A DNA stretch of 64,000 nt, taken from IMG/VR virus record IMGVR_UViG_3300043449_002688, positions 32,001 through 96,000 of that record; one strand, written 5' to 3'. Of this stretch, positions 63,671 to 64,000 are shown piece after piece. The notes beneath the pieces are model-generated. The model was not told the DNA's origin, did not search any database, and was given only the letters and a program-made list of their open reading frames with translations. Position 1 is the stretch's first letter, and the number at the start of each line of letters is the position of its first letter. Source of the stretch: a virus. Position numbers and translations under genes: made by a program.

Positions 63671-63907
63671 ATGTTTAAGGCAATGGAAGATCTAATTGAA
63701 GAAGGTAAAACTGTTGATTTGCGCCTTCGCCCTTCTTATCGTCTTGGTTTCCTTAAAGGTGCAACTATGGTTACAAAAATTCAGCTTGAAACTCTTATGG
63801 AGAAAATCCAAAGAGGTGACAGCAAAGAAAGCCTTGAAAGATATGTGACTTCTATTTTGGCTGATTTGGCTAGGACTGAAGAAGCTGTAGAAAAAATGGG
63901 TTCTTAA
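63671..63907 (+). CDS. Hypothetical protein
   Basis: AGGAG RBS before ATG 63671. Confidence 0.65.
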   Translation: MFKAMEDLIEEGKTVDLRLRPSYRLGFLKGATMVTKIQLETLMEKIQRGDSKESLERYVTSILADLARTEEAVEKMGS

Positions 63908-63919
63908 AAAGGAGCATGT

Positions 63920-64000
63920 ATGTCACGTATAAAATGTGCCGTATGCAATAAAAACCCAGTTAAAACTAAAATTTCTAAGCACTGGAAAACAAATAAGATT
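63920..64000 (+). CDS. Partial hypothetical protein (CxxC), runs off window
   Basis: AAGGAG RBS; MSRIKCAVCNKNP. Confidence 0.5.
   Translation, partial: MSRIKCAVCNKNPVKTKISKHWKTNKI

Noticed and set aside
1294-63907. Stop-codon reassignment
   Set aside because: Conserved genes are full length and tightly packed under the standard code

Overview
AT-rich 64 kb segment of a large (probably jumbo) tailed dsDNA phage using the standard genetic code. No host can be assigned from sequence alone. About 1.3-32.5 kb is a mostly + strand replication/recombination/nucleotide-metabolism block: HTH initiator-like protein, GroEL, SbcC-like ATPase, RuvC, NrdB/NrdA, DnaE, gp32-like SSB, RecA/UvsX, primase, DnaB-like helicase, dNMP kinase, peptide deformylase and methionine aminopeptidase. 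About 32.6-46.4 kb and 52.2-59.9 kb are - strand virion (tail fibre/baseplate-like) genes, several preceded by a shared motif (TAACCCTAATCT) that looks like a phage late promoter. A + strand accessory island (46.5-52.1 kb) carries a class II aldolase, 2OG-Fe(II) oxygenase, sigma factor, tRNA-Asn and a deaminase. Highlights: (1) dnaE is split by a naturally split intein at the HA|CG motif, with a Zn-ribbon/HNH endonuclease gene between the halves that appears to start inside the IntN coding sequence just behind an embedded copy of the late motif; (2) an array of structured non-coding RNAs downstream of guaB, two of which share a tRNA-like scaffold with large unrelated insertions; (3) a second, LAGLIDADG-containing intein in the Walker B motif of an SF2 helicase; (4) adjacent phage def and map genes plus a GroES-less GroEL. 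All calls come from manual motif reading; no database searches were run.
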